DNA of 64,000 nucleotides from Obrimoposthia wandeli (Eukaryota), in NCBI GenBank assembly GCA_977020255.1, contig CDROCS010001028.1:124001-188000 (forward strand). Reading direction: 5' to 3'. Of this stretch, positions 40,513 to 51,247 are shown one piece after another (within the stretch, counting starts at the first letter, position 1; each line of letters begins with the position of its first letter). Position numbers and translations under genes: made by a program. The notes under the pieces are model-generated. The model saw only the letters and a program-made list of their open reading frames with translations. It did not search any database and was not told where the DNA came from.

Positions 40513-42897
40513 TTATTTAATGTCTATCGTTCGACTCGCTTTACGATACAGTATTTTCCACCCTTTCCAGCGAGGCAATTCCCAGCGTTTAGGGTCTGCT
40601 TTTCTATTACCTTTAATATAATTAGCGACGACCCTTTTACGATGAATATCGTATTCAATATTCATCACTAAATCATTCAGTTGTACTCGACGTGGATATT
40701 CGGTATCAAAATCTTCCCTTTCCCATTCTGGGATGCCTTCAAAATGAAAGTCGTCCATAGAAAATAATGCCAGATCATCTGACGACTCAATCCCAAGGTC
40801 TTCAATTTGAATAGATAGCCACTTAACAGCATCAACAGGTTCGGGCTTTATGTTGGTGCTGTAGAGCGAGGCATCATATCGCCCCAGTGCTAAATATAAA
40901 TTCCACTGTTGGATATCTGCACTGATCTTTTCTACTAAACCTGAAAGCACATGCCCTTGAAGAATAAAATCGACTAATGTTTCTTTTGCCACATTTCCTT
41001 TAGGTTTTTGCCATTGTCGTTGAATAACCCGCCCTGCATAACGACGTTCAATTTCAACTCGACACTCCCCTTCTACAACGTTACTTTTACCCGCTACCTG
41101 TTCACCCAAGTCTAATGCAATCATCAGATCAAGGCTTATTGGCGTCATACAGGTTGCCAACGCTAATGTTTGTTTACTGCCACGACCAGGCATTGCATAT
41201 TGATCAAAAACGATAGCGGCTTCATCATCATCTGAAAAGCGGCTTTCACGGCCAATACTCACTTCGCTATAGCCATTGCCTAATGCCTGCTTGCGTTTTT
41301 CTCGGCGCACAAACACTAATTCAGGTGCCGCTTCAATTACAGCACTTAACCATTGTTCACGTTTAATTGATGTCGCGACTTCAAGCATCGGTAATTCCAA
41401 TGCTTCACGAATTTGGCTTGATAATTGACGAGCATCTTGAAGCACTTGTCTATCAACATTCAGCGATTCAGGCGCGTCTTCACGTAATATTTTAATCAAT
41501 GTTGTCGCGTCACAATGCTGGGGCTGCCATTGTGCTAATTCTTCTCTGCCCTCTGCGCTTTTAGGAAACTGCCATAAACGCTGAGGAACAGATAACGCAG
41601 CAGACAGATCGATCATGGCTTCTTGGCTCGCTTTATTGGGCATAACTGTAATTAAATGCGCAAAAAGTGTGTCGATAGGTAGCGGAAATAACAATCGCCC
41701 ATGTGCGGTGACTCGCCCTTTTTCATCAATCGCTCTCATATTGCGTAAACGATCAATCGCTTGCTGAGTCGTTTTCTCTGGAAGACTATCAACAAATGCC
41801 AATTCATTGAATTGATAACCACAACACGCAGCGGCTAGCATCGGTTCGACCAGCTCTTCTCGATGTAATTCCGGCGGTGTTAAATATTCTAATGGTGCGG
41901 CTTTACCGTATAACCGAACGCATATGCCTTCGCTTACTCGCCCAGCTCTACCTTTTCGCTGTTCAGAGCTGGCGTTCGAAATAGCATGCAAACCTAATAC
42001 AGTACGACCATTACGCTGATGTGTTCTTCGTTCTAGCCCACTATCAATAATTAAGGTGACACCGGGAATCGTTAACGATGTTTCAGCCACATTAGTGGCG
42101 ACAATTATTCGCTGTTTGTCGCTTTGCGTTAATGCGCGATAGCGTTCATCATCAGAGACTGAGGCATGCAATGGGATAACATCGATTAAACCTAGGCTGA
42201 TTTGCTCTTTAAAATACTGCGCTAATGTCGATACACATTGGCTAATTTCTTTACGACCGGGTAGAAAAATTAAAATATCATCTTGTTCACGATGATATTG
42301 TTCAACCACCTCTTTTATCTTTCGCTCAATACCACGGGCATCTGGCATATCGCGGCTATCATTCGCCTTATAAACAACCTCTACATTATAGGTTCTGCCT
42401 GTCGCTTTAAGATGCTTCGCACCAAGATAGTCAGCCAAACGTTGGCTATCCATCGTTGCTGAGGTTGCAATCAATTGATGCGCATTTTCTTTTTTCAGTA
42501 ACGCCAATAATAAGTCTGTATCCCACCTGCGTTCATGAAATTCATCAATCATAATGGTAGTAAAAGACTGCAGTTTATCTTCTATCATCCAGCGTAAGGC
42601 AACACCGGGAGTAACGAAAACGACTTGGGTATTGTCATCAAAGCGATTATCAAAACGGATGGCATAACCAATTCGCTTACCTAACGTTTCACCATTACTA
42701 GAAGCAACATATTCAGCCAACGCGGTACACGCCACTCGACGAGGTTCAACCACTAAAACACGTCCAGATTCTGCTGCCCATAAAGGCAATCTGGTTGATT
42801 TTCCAGAACCAGTTTCAGCTTCAATAACAAGGTGAGATGTTGGTAAAGCCTTCAAGAAGTCGAGCTTTAGCGAATCAATGGGTAATAGGTTTTGCAT
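40513..42897 (-). CDS. HrpB-like DEAH-box ATP-dependent helicase
   Basis: AETGSGKS, DEFHER, TSAT, ATNVAETSLTIPG and QRKGRAGR motifs. Confidence 0.9.
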   Translation of the reverse strand: MQNLLPIDSLKLDFLKALPTSHLVIEAETGSGKSTRLPLWAAESGRVLVVEPRRVACTALAEYVASSNGETLGKRIGYAIRFDNRFDDNTQVVFVTPGVALRWMIEDKLQSFTTIMIDEFHERRWDTDLLLALLKKENAHQLIATSATMDSQRLADYLGAKHLKATGRTYNVEVVYKANDSRDMPDARGIERKIKEVVEQYHREQDDILIFLPGRKEISQCVSTLAQYFKEQISLGLIDVIPLHASVSDDERYRALTQSDKQRIIVATNVAETSLTIPGVTLIIDSGLERRTHQRNGRTVLGLHAISNASSEQRKGRAGRVSEGICVRLYGKAAPLEYLTPPELHREELVEPMLAAACCGYQFNELAFVDSLPEKTTQQAIDRLRNMRAIDEKGRVTAHGRLLFPLPIDTLFAHLITVMPNKASQEAMIDLSAALSVPQRLWQFPKSAEGREELAQWQPQHCDATTLIKILREDAPESLNVDRQVLQDARQLSSQIREALELPMLEVATSIKREQWLSAVIEAAPELVFVRREKRKQALGNGYSEVSIGRESRFSDDDEAAIVFDQYAMPGRGSKQTLALATCMTPISLDLMIALDLGEQVAGKSNVVEGECRVEIERRYAGRVIQRQWQKPKGNVAKETLVDFILQGHVLSGLVEKISADIQQWNLYLALGRYDASLYSTNIKPEPVDAVKWLSIQIEDLGIESSDDLALFSMDDFHFEGIPEWEREDFDTEYPRRVQLNDLVMNIEYDIHRKRVVANYIKGNRKADPKRWELPRWKGWKILYRKASRTIDIK

Positions 42898-43537
42898 AGT
42901 ATTCTGTAATCTATGAACAATATCTTGCCGCTATGATCGCAAGTATTTTATTGGTTGTCATATTTTATATTGAATTAGCGTTACAGAAAAAGCCGCTACA
43001 TTCACCACGTCGTAAAAATGAATCAAGCAGCCCGTCTTTAGGGCTGTAATGTGTCTGACGGAAAACAAGCAAAAAAGTCACTTCTGCGATCTTTTTTAAC
43101 TCGGATCTGCCCCGAAACGATTTAGCAAAATATCTCATTTTAATTATGTGGTTAATACTTGGGAGCTGTCCTTTATGTGGCAGAACGCTACATTTTGAGT
43201 AGATAATTTAATCGATATTTATTTGCAGAGATGTAATGCTCACTTTGTGCGCATAGCGGAAGCTAGAAACTCGTTAATCCTTACGTCCGCTTCAAGCTCA
43301 AATCTGCCGTTCATATTCGATTCTTGAACATTAACTATCACCGTTATGATCACAATTACCACACAGAACGTGTGATTTTATTGGGTTAACTTCATTAAAA
43401 GAGAGCTGTTTTATACGTAAACCAGCCCTTAATTCTTCTGGTTAAAAACATTAAACATAAACAGCAAACATTATTGGTGTTATATTTTTTTTGTTAAGTT
43501 GCTCACAAACCTTAGCTTATGCCACAGTGAATACACC

Positions 43538-44737
43538 TTAAATCAATGTCGTTAATACTTGAGGATTATTATGTAATGTTCGATGAACTGGGCAGCGATC
43601 AGCTATTTCCATTAGTCTTGCTTTATCTGAATCTTTCATAGGCCCAAATAACTGAACTTTACGAATCAATGACTCTATTTTCGGATCTTGTTCTGAGACA
43701 TTGGCTGCATCGGCTAAATAATTACGTTCGTGAGATAAGAATACTTCCACATGCTCTAGAGGAATTTTTTTGTGGTCAGCATACATGCGAATTGTCATCG
43801 CTGTGCAGGCACCTAAAGCAGCAAGTAAGTGCTCGTAGGGATCTGGACCTGAATTTTTTCCACCTACTTGTGTTGGTTCATCTGCATACCAGTGATGGTG
43901 GTCACTAAATACTTCCTGCTGAAACTTATGATCAAGCTCTGCCACTAAAACATGTCCTTTTGTTATTTTTGGATTAGATATTTCGGGCGTTGGAATATAT
44001 CGACTTGCCCATCCAGAAATCGTTTGTGCGACATACTCACTATCTATTGATTTTGATAAAAGATGATCCGCAGTGTCTAGGCTAACAAAACTTTTAGGGT
44101 GCTTAGCCGCTTTATAGATTTTCTCCGCATCGGAAATATCAACAGTTAAATCGATAGGTGAATGCAGTACAAGCAAAGCCTTATTAAGGTGCTGTATATG
44201 TTCTGTCGTTTGATTACGTAAATCGTCTATAAATTGTTTTTTAATCGTAAACTCACGCGTACCTAAGCTCACTCTCGCCTGACCACTTTTTTCTATGGTA
44301 TCAAGGTGAGCATCAAAGTTGTGTATTACATGGCTTGCTTCATACGGAGCTGCAATTGTCACTATCGCTTTCACCTCTGGAAGTTGTGCCGCCATCGCTA
44401 AAACGGCAGCGCCACCGAGGCTATGTCCAATCAATAATTGAGGCGCTTGGTAATGCAACTCAAGAAACTTTGCAGCTGCCATTAAATCTTCTGTATTGGA
44501 TGAAAAATTTGTATTGGCAAAGTCGCCATCGCTATTTCCCAAGCCAGTGAAGTCAAATCGAAAAACAGCAAAGCCATGTTGTACAAGAAATCGACTAATT
44601 CGCGAAGCCGCTGCAACATCTTTACCACAGGTAAAACAATGGGCAAACAGTACATAGGCTCGTATAGTTTGATCTGGTGTTTCTAGCAAACCAGCCAGAT
44701 TTTGCCCTTGGCTAGGAAATTCTACTTTAGTTCTCAT
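43538..44737 (-). CDS. Bifunctional alpha/beta hydrolase - OsmC family protein
   Basis: [16 protein letters not shown] nucleophile elbow and ADHLL; C-terminal OsmC domain ([23 protein letters not shown]); start MRTKVEF at 44737. Confidence 0.9.
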   Translation of the reverse strand: MRTKVEFPSQGQNLAGLLETPDQTIRAYVLFAHCFTCGKDVAAASRISRFLVQHGFAVFRFDFTGLGNSDGDFANTNFSSNTEDLMAAAKFLELHYQAPQLLIGHSLGGAAVLAMAAQLPEVKAIVTIAAPYEASHVIHNFDAHLDTIEKSGQARVSLGTREFTIKKQFIDDLRNQTTEHIQHLNKALLVLHSPIDLTVDISDAEKIYKAAKHPKSFVSLDTADHLLSKSIDSEYVAQTISGWASRYIPTPEISNPKITKGHVLVAELDHKFQQEVFSDHHHWYADEPTQVGGKNSGPDPYEHLLAALGACTAMTIRMYADHKKIPLEHVEVFLSHERNYLADAANVSEQDPKIESLIRKVQLFGPMKDSDKARLMEIADRCPVHRTLHNNPQVLTTLI

Positions 44738-44847
44738 CGATTCTATCCTCAGTTTGTAATAAAACCTCAGGTAAAAATATCGCTCAAGGTTTACTTGTTT
44801 AATCAAAAGCAGCTAGCTGTACTTTGTTGTGCCTGTAATTATTACGG

Positions 44848-45261
44848 CTAAGCAAGTAATAAAGGCTCAATAACTGCCTGCCACTGAGCTAAGCTTGATT
44901 CGTGATCAACTGGAACCTTATCGGCATTGTTGATAAATAAAGTCGGGGTTGCCCAAACGGCCTTAGTTGCTGCGTAGCGAATGGGTGTACGTGCTTGAAC
45001 GTATATATCGCGATCACTCATTCTGTTAAAGAATTTCCCACGATCTGCTAATGCGAATAGTCCCAAGCTCATATCCCAAGCTTGTCGGTGGTTACTGAGG
45101 GTAATCAAATGAACCCTTAGGCTGACGGATTTACCCTGGTAATATTCTGATACTTGCAGCGAATGTGGGCATTGAATATCAATAAATGCATCAATAGTAA
45201 TTTGGGCTGCTGCATCACCGAGAAGAAAACCGCTCGAACGGTGTGGTATAGGTATAGCCAT
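44848..45261 (-). CDS. Thioredoxin/DsbA-fold protein, possibly internally deleted
   Basis: GFLLGDAAAQITIDAFIDIQCPHS (CxxS) and VWATPTLFIN; short for this fold. Confidence 0.65.
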   Translation of the reverse strand: MAIPIPHRSSGFLLGDAAAQITIDAFIDIQCPHSLQVSEYYQGKSVSLRVHLITLSNHRQAWDMSLGLFALADRGKFFNRMSDRDIYVQARTPIRYAATKAVWATPTLFINNADKVPVDHESSLAQWQAVIEPLLLA

Positions 45262-45340
45262 ATGAAGTACTGTCCCTTTCTTACTGTAGATTAATTACTT
45301 TCGATGAATGATTATAGTGGTATTGATTGAATGACTATTT

Positions 45341-45880
45341 TCATTCTAAGCATAAAGCGATCTTTTCATCATTAACCTGATGCTTGAAACGTGTTAATAA
45401 CAGTCTCAATTTTGGATGAATATACGTTTTACAAAAGGGTTTATTAGGTGAATTATATAAGTAATTCTGTAATTCATCCTTATTCGCCTTAAACGAATAA
45501 AATGGCAGTACCTGCGTGATAATTGGTTTATCAAAATCACTTTGTAAGGAGTCTAAAACTTTGTAGGCTTCTTGGTTTTGAGCATCGTTATAGGTATATA
45601 TTGCCGACCGGTATTTTTTCCGCATGGAGTGATTAGCTGTGGATGCATGAGTATGTAAATGAATTTCGATCAATATCTGCAAACTAATCAGAGATTGATC
45701 AAAATATACTTCAATAGCTTCAGATAATTCAGCATTATTGTCGCTTGAAGCGATCCACCCTTGATTCACCACTTTGATACCGATAAGCGACTCGAAAACG
45801 CCTTCGGTACACCAATGGCAACCACCACCTAAACCAATCTTGCTGAAGTTTTCATTATGCATAGTGTTCTCTCTAGTCAC
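45341..45880 (-). CDS. msrA: Peptide methionine sulfoxide reductase A, atypical paralog
   Basis: GGGCHWCTEGVF, EAIEVYFD, YRSAIY and PFCKTYI motifs. Confidence 0.8.
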   Translation of the reverse strand: MTRENTMHNENFSKIGLGGGCHWCTEGVFESLIGIKVVNQGWIASSDNNAELSEAIEVYFDQSLISLQILIEIHLHTHASTANHSMRKKYRSAIYTYNDAQNQEAYKVLDSLQSDFDKPIITQVLPFYSFKANKDELQNYLYNSPNKPFCKTYIHPKLRLLLTRFKHQVNDEKIALCLE

Positions 45881-45902
45881 TATTGAAGTTACTTTTATTA
45901 GC

Positions 45903-46403
45903 TCATTTTACTGAAGGTAATACCCAGTCACGCCGAGGAAAGTGGCAAGTATAACCATTAGGTATTCTTTGCAGATAATCTTGATGTTCTACTTCTGCTT
46001 CCCAAAAATCGCCTGCAAGTGCCAATTCAGTAACCACAGTCCCAGGCCATAAACCTGATGCATTAACATCGGCGATCGTTTGCATTGCTACAGCATATTG
46101 TTCAGCTGAACAATAATAAATCGCTGAACGATATGATGAGCCTTGGTCATTTCCTTGTTGGTTTTTTGTTGTTGGATCATGGATCTGAAAGAACAATTCA
46201 AGAATACTGCGGAAACTAACAACATCAGTATTGAATGATATTTCTATTCCTTCAGCATGATTGCCATGATTACGATAAGTTGCGTTAATAACGTCACCAC
46301 CAGTATAACCAACTCGGGTTGACGTGACTCCGGGAAGTTTGCGTATAAGATCTTGCATGCCCCAGAAGCATCCACCAGCCAAAAGAGCACGTTCAATTTT
46401 CAT
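45903..46403 (-). CDS. msrA: Peptide methionine sulfoxide reductase A
   Basis: [32 protein letters not shown] and AEVEHQDY...GYTCH motifs. Confidence 0.95.
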   Translation of the reverse strand: MKIERALLAGGCFWGMQDLIRKLPGVTSTRVGYTGGDVINATYRNHGNHAEGIEISFNTDVVSFRSILELFFQIHDPTTKNQQGNDQGSSYRSAIYYCSAEQYAVAMQTIADVNASGLWPGTVVTELALAGDFWEAEVEHQDYLQRIPNGYTCHFPRRDWVLPSVK

Positions 46404-46405
46404 AT

Positions 46406-46852
46406 TTATATCTTCTCCACTTGATTAACATATTCGCCATAACCATTAGTGACCATATCATCACGGTGGATAAAACGAAGAGAAGCTGAATTAATACAAT
46501 AACGTAAACCACCTTCACTTTTTGGACCATCGTTAAATACATGTCCTAAATGACTGTCCCCATAACCTGAGCGAACTTCAGTTCGAATCATACCGTGACC
46601 GTTATCATTAATTTCTTTGATATTTTTCGACTCAATCGGTTTGGTAAAACTTGGCCAACCACAGCCAGATTCAAATTTATCTGAAGAAGCAAATAGTGGC
46701 TCACCTGAAACAATGTCGACATAAATGCCCGGCAGAGTATTATTAAGATGCTCTCCACTACCTGGTCGCTCTGTGCCACTTTCTTGAGTTACACGATATT
46801 GTTCTTTGGTTAGTGCTGAAATTGCATCTGCGGATTTTTGATATGTTGTCAT
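46406..46852 (-). CDS. msrB: Methionine-R-sulfoxide reductase
   Basis: [27 protein letters not shown] and RYCINSASL; start MTTYQKS at 46852. Confidence 0.95.
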   Translation of the reverse strand: MTTYQKSADAISALTKEQYRVTQESGTERPGSGEHLNNTLPGIYVDIVSGEPLFASSDKFESGCGWPSFTKPIESKNIKEINDNGHGMIRTEVRSGYGDSHLGHVFNDGPKSEGGLRYCINSASLRFIHRDDMVTNGYGEYVNQVEKI

Positions 46853-46901
46853 AATTTTCTGTCCTCGGCATTTTGTCACCTTTTAGAGTGACACGCTGAT
46901 A

Positions 46902-46927
46902 TGATCTACCCCCGATAAAACGGACAC
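46902..46927 (+). mobile_element. Solitary IS3-family-like terminal inverted repeat, no transposase
   Basis: TGATCTACCCCCGATAAAACGGACAC resembles IS3-type ends (TGATCT..CCC......GGACAC); no partner end or transposase ORF was seen nearby. Confidence 0.5.
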
Positions 46928-47101
46928 ATATACTTTCAGGCTACTATGCTTCATATTCTATTGGAGAATATCAGCTCTATTTCAACGGCAGTTACTCACT
47001 AAGCCACTTAGCACCGGAGGCTAAAAAGTTGCACAACAAAGAGCATTCGGCGCAACCTTGAAACATCCCAGTGCATTGGCAATGTTATGTATTGAAATAC
47101 C

Positions 47102-47668
47102 CTATTGAGAATTCAGTGTCGGATAAGCTTCAGTGTATATCCAGTCTTTATCTTTAGCTGGCACATGGCAACTTAGGCAATCCGTTTTATAGTCAGTTGC
47201 AACGTTCTTGGCTTTATTATCTGGCTTGTATAAAGCCCAACCCCAGCCATCCCCCCACAAAGGATTATTGGTAAACCGGCCTTTCACATCTTTGACCATG
47301 ACGAACCATTGTTTAATGTCACTCGTGGCATAATTGACACCTTCCCCTGTAGTATAGCTACCCGATTTAGATGCCCTAAGCTCTTTAACCAGTACTGCAC
47401 CGTCAGGGAATTTACCCGTTTTACGAAACGCCTCTACAGATTCTTTCTCAGTGTATACATCATGAAAACCACTGGCGCCACCAGAAGGCACAAACCATGA
47501 ACCTAAATGAACCATATTAGTTCGAAAGTTTAAGGGAAAACTAATATTGCCATTGCTGTCAACATAAGGAGAAAATGTATCATCTGCCATTACCGAAAAT
47601 GAACCTACACCAAGAATGACAACACAAGCTATGCTTCTCCCTAATTTTTTTAATCGAATGTATATCAT
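47102..47668 (-). CDS. Cytochrome P460-family protein B
   Basis: Signal peptide, FPDGAVLVKEL, WFVMVKD, WGWALY and a C-terminal CLSCH heme motif. Confidence 0.85.
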   Translation of the reverse strand: MIYIRLKKLGRSIACVVILGVGSFSVMADDTFSPYVDSNGNISFPLNFRTNMVHLGSWFVPSGGASGFHDVYTEKESVEAFRKTGKFPDGAVLVKELRASKSGSYTTGEGVNYATSDIKQWFVMVKDVKGRFTNNPLWGDGWGWALYKPDNKAKNVATDYKTDCLSCHVPAKDKDWIYTEAYPTLNSQ

Positions 47669-47670
47669 TA

Positions 47671-48300
47671 TTAATTACCTTTTGGCTCAACATAGTTATT
47701 ATTCAAGTCAGATTCATGACCGCCTGTAGCACTTTTCCCCTTTGCTTTACCTGCACTAAGAACTGGGTAATACTGAGTGAAAACAAAGTCATCTGCCGCA
47801 GCTCCTGCATGACATGAATTACAAGACGTTGTAGGAAATGCTTTTGCTGTTTTTGACAATGTTTTATGATCCGCACTTGAAAAACTAAAGTATGCCCAAT
47901 TACCAGGCTCATTTTCAAAATGCTTCTTGCTTTTTATTGTAGCTTCTAGGCCAACAAATTCGCCCATAAAATAGCCTTTACCGCTAACAGCCGATTTTGA
48001 ACCCACAGAAACAAGTTCTTTAATCAGGATAGTACCATCACGAAATTTACCGGTGTCTTTCCAATGCTTCCAGCTTTTAGGGTCAATATAGACATTATGC
48101 ATTTCAGGAAATGCCGCTTTTCCACCATTCATGTCATTGGGGGTAACGGGTGTTCCAATGTAGATCCACTCTCGATAACCAGTAGGACGTTCAAGCTCAC
48201 CATTTTTCATTGAAAACGCTTCATTTGCATGAGTGATCCCTGAAAAAATGACTTGCACAAACAGGAACGATATTGCTATTAATACTTTATTAATTTTCAT
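47671..48300 (-). CDS. Cytochrome P460-family protein A
   Basis: Signal peptide, HNVYIDP, FRDGTILIKELVSVG, GYFMGEFVGLEATIK, EPGNWAYF and CNSCH motifs. Confidence 0.9.
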   Translation of the reverse strand: MKINKVLIAISFLFVQVIFSGITHANEAFSMKNGELERPTGYREWIYIGTPVTPNDMNGGKAAFPEMHNVYIDPKSWKHWKDTGKFRDGTILIKELVSVGSKSAVSGKGYFMGEFVGLEATIKSKKHFENEPGNWAYFSFSSADHKTLSKTAKAFPTTSCNSCHAGAAADDFVFTQYYPVLSAGKAKGKSATGGHESDLNNNYVEPKGN

Positions 48301-48478
48301 AACATACTCTGTTTTATTTATGAAATTTAACTATAGATGAGTAAATTTGATTTGCTGTATTCACAATACTCAAAAATGTCACTGACCTACTCAAAGTTTC
48401 TATATCAACATTTTAATGCTGCTTTATTTTATTAATTTTAACTATAGTAATGATGTCTATTGAAGCTTAAGGAATGTA

Positions 48479-49420
48479 ATGCTCAAAAATGTCGCTCATC
48501 AACTCAAATGTCCTACATCAGAATTTAATGTACTTGATGATGTCATTGATACTCTTCGCTTTCGTGGCAGTATATTCTTTCATTCAAGCCTTGCTGCACC
48601 GTGGGGTGTGTCGTATTCATCTTGCCTAATGCCTAGATTCCATGTTGCATTAGAAGGTGGGTTTTATGTAGGTGTTGATGCAAATACGATTAATTTAAAA
48701 CAGATGGATATTGCTATGATCCCCCATGGAGAAAAGCATTGGATAGCTGATAATGTAAATAGTCAACTAATAGCTAGTGAACGCGCGAGAGATATTTGTG
48801 CGTTAGGTATGCCACTTTTTCAACAAGGTGAAATCACTAATAAAATTATGTGTGGAATAGTTGAGTATGATGAGGCTATTAAGCATCCTATTCTCAGTGC
48901 TTTGCCTTCCATAATTCAACTTTCTAATATCGCATCAAATGATACTATTTGGATGACAGTAAAATTAATTGACGCGGAAATAAATAGAGCAAATGGTAAT
49001 AAAAACAGCATAATAGATCGTTTAACCGAAGTCTTATTTATTCAGCTACTCAATAACTTCATCAAGAAAGATGAGCACCTAACAGGCTTCTTATCAGCAC
49101 TTAAAGAACCGCGGTTAAATAAAATATTACAGCTCATTCATCAGAATCCTGAAAGACAATGGACTCTAGATATTATTAGTGATGCTGTCGGTATGTCTCG
49201 GGCTACACTGCAGCGTAAGTTTAAAGCTAACATAGGTGTATCTCCTATGGTTTATATTAGTCGTTGGCGTATGGCAAAAGCTTATCAGTTATTAAAATAT
49301 TCCAATTTATCTCTTGAAGGAATTGCTGATGGTATTGGGTTTTCAAACGCGCGTACACTTTCGCATGCATTCAAAGATTATTATGGGGATACACCGAGTC
49401 AATTCCGTAAGAAATTATAA
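48479..49420 (+). CDS. AraC-family regulator with an N-terminal cupin, RclR-like
   Basis: LAAPWG, RFHVALEG, IMCG, IIDRLTEVLFIQLL and WTLDIISDAVGMSRATL motifs; divergent from the P460 genes. Confidence 0.85.
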   Translation: MLKNVAHQLKCPTSEFNVLDDVIDTLRFRGSIFFHSSLAAPWGVSYSSCLMPRFHVALEGGFYVGVDANTINLKQMDIAMIPHGEKHWIADNVNSQLIASERARDICALGMPLFQQGEITNKIMCGIVEYDEAIKHPILSALPSIIQLSNIASNDTIWMTVKLIDAEINRANGNKNSIIDRLTEVLFIQLLNNFIKKDEHLTGFLSALKEPRLNKILQLIHQNPERQWTLDIISDAVGMSRATLQRKFKANIGVSPMVYISRWRMAKAYQLLKYSNLSLEGIADGIGFSNARTLSHAFKDYYGDTPSQFRKKL

Positions 49421-49716
49421 AAACTAATATAATTACTGATACTATATTTTTGGATAAGCAATAATGTGAGTTGTTCTAAACATTTGAAGTTGCAAAATAT
49501 GACCTTGGTGCGGAAAAGACTCGCCTTTATAAATCGATGATTCAATATCGATCTCGTTAATTTGTTGCACTTATTGTATTACTCCAGATGCGCCCCATTA
49601 ATGAATAGGTTTCCCTCGCCTGATTAGGTGTACAAATTCATTAAGCCACAACACAACCTTGACGAAAACACCCTGAAAAAATCTTCTCTCTACTGTATTT
49701 AACGTGTAAAAACAAA

Positions 49717-49745
49717 AAAGCCGCGGCATAATATGCAACGGCTTT
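49717..49745. terminator. Intrinsic terminator after the purine permease
   Basis: AAAGCCG..GCAT/ATGC..CGGCTTT hairpin with an A-run on the left, which reads as a T-run on the minus strand. Confidence 0.65.
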
Positions 49746-49778
49746 GATTATTAATAATACTGTAGGCATAAAGCTATA

Positions 49779-51191
49779 TTAAATAGCCCAGCCTCCTGCG
49801 TAGAAAACAACTAATACGATTGCGATAAGTACCGTACCAACATTCAGCTTTTTCCATTCACCAGAGATAACACGACCAATAACCAGCGCACTAAAACCAA
49901 GCATAATACCTGTAACGATGTTGCCCGTTAATACAATAAACACTGCACACATTAAGCCAGATAAAGCATCAACAGAATCGTTCATGTCTAACTTGCTTAC
50001 ATTGCTAAGCATTAATAAGCCGACATACATCAATGCAGGAGCAGTTGCGTAAGCGGGAACAAGGTAACTAACAGGGGATAAGAACAACATGACTACAAAC
50101 AACAAGCCAACAACCGTTGCTGTTAATCCTGTTTTACCACCAGCAGCCGTACCAGCAGCAGATTCAATATATACTGCAGCAGGTGCACCACCCACGCAAC
50201 CAGCAACAATACTACTGACTGAATCTGCCGTTAACGCTTTACCGCCATTGATAATTTGACCATCTTTATCAAGTAAGTTTGCTTGACCAGCAACAGCTCG
50301 AATAGTCCCTGTTGCATCAAAAATTGCGGTCATAACCAAAGCTAAAACACTTGGAATTACGATAGGGTTTAATGCACCCATAATATCCATAGTGCCCAGT
50401 AGTGATTCACCTTCAGCGCCAAACGATGGCATAGCAAAAAGCCCTTGATACACCACATTAGGATCAAAAATAATACCGAAAACTGAAATTGCGACGATGA
50501 CTAAAAGAATACCACCCGGTACACGGCGCTTTTCAAGACCAAAAATAGCTGCAAGACCGAACACCGACATAAGCACAGGTAACGAGGTAAATTCACCTAG
50601 CATTACCGGTAAACCTTCATACGGATTTTTAACCACTAAACCCACACCATTAGCGGCAATTAGCAGTAAAAATAGACCTATACCAATACCCGTACCGTGT
50701 GCGATACCATGCGGTAAGTTCGTTAAAATCCACTGTCTTACCCCCGTTACAGTAATGGCGGTAAACACCACACCCATAAGGAATACTGCACCCAACGCAA
50801 CAGGAATACTGATGCCCTGCCCTAATACCAAGCTAAATGCTGTAAAAGCAGTTAACGAGATAGCACAGCCGATTGCCATTGGTAGTTTTGCCCATAAGCC
50901 CATTAACAATGAACCAAATGCGGCAACTAAACAGGTTGCTATAAATACAGCACCTTGATTAAACCCAGCCGCCCCAAGCATGCTCGGCACTACAATAACG
51001 GAGTAAACCATCGCTAAAAACGTCGTTAACCCGGCTACCATTTCTGTTTTTACGGTACTGCCACGCTCTGTAATATAGAAGTAGCCATCAAGCCCTCCTT
51101 TTATTTCAGGTTTCGCTTCTGAGCTTTCCGTGTTGTTAAGATCAGTGTCTTTTGTTGATTGTCCTGTATGTATTGCACTGTGATCAGACAT
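49779..51191 (-). CDS. NCS2/AzgA-type guanine-hypoxanthine permease (GhxP/GhxQ-like)
   Basis: [21 protein letters not shown] and [18 protein letters not shown] motifs; downstream of guaD. Confidence 0.9.
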   Translation of the reverse strand: MSDHSAIHTGQSTKDTDLNNTESSEAKPEIKGGLDGYFYITERGSTVKTEMVAGLTTFLAMVYSVIVVPSMLGAAGFNQGAVFIATCLVAAFGSLLMGLWAKLPMAIGCAISLTAFTAFSLVLGQGISIPVALGAVFLMGVVFTAITVTGVRQWILTNLPHGIAHGTGIGIGLFLLLIAANGVGLVVKNPYEGLPVMLGEFTSLPVLMSVFGLAAIFGLEKRRVPGGILLVIVAISVFGIIFDPNVVYQGLFAMPSFGAEGESLLGTMDIMGALNPIVIPSVLALVMTAIFDATGTIRAVAGQANLLDKDGQIINGGKALTADSVSSIVAGCVGGAPAAVYIESAAGTAAGGKTGLTATVVGLLFVVMLFLSPVSYLVPAYATAPALMYVGLLMLSNVSKLDMNDSVDALSGLMCAVFIVLTGNIVTGIMLGFSALVIGRVISGEWKKLNVGTVLIAIVLVVFYAGGWAI

Positions 51192-51247
51192 GATGTTAGT
51201 TCCTTTGATTTGTCGTCAGGAGCAAAAGCGATAAAAATCGAACCGAG

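Noticed and set aside
40215-40671. ORFs 40215..40400(-) and 40417..40671(+)
   Set aside because: No motifs and weak starts; the second overlaps the helicase antisense.
43028-43046. CAGCCC/GGGCTG hairpin upstream of the helicase, considered as a c-di-GMP (GEMM) riboswitch
   Set aside because: It lacks the GGCAAA/GAAA/GACGCAAAGC elements and the second stem.
49585-49661. CAGATGCGCCCCATTAATGA...TCATTAAG, loosely like an IS10/IS4 end
   Set aside because: Similarity is patchy, with no partner end, target duplication or transposase; an ISfinder search would be needed.
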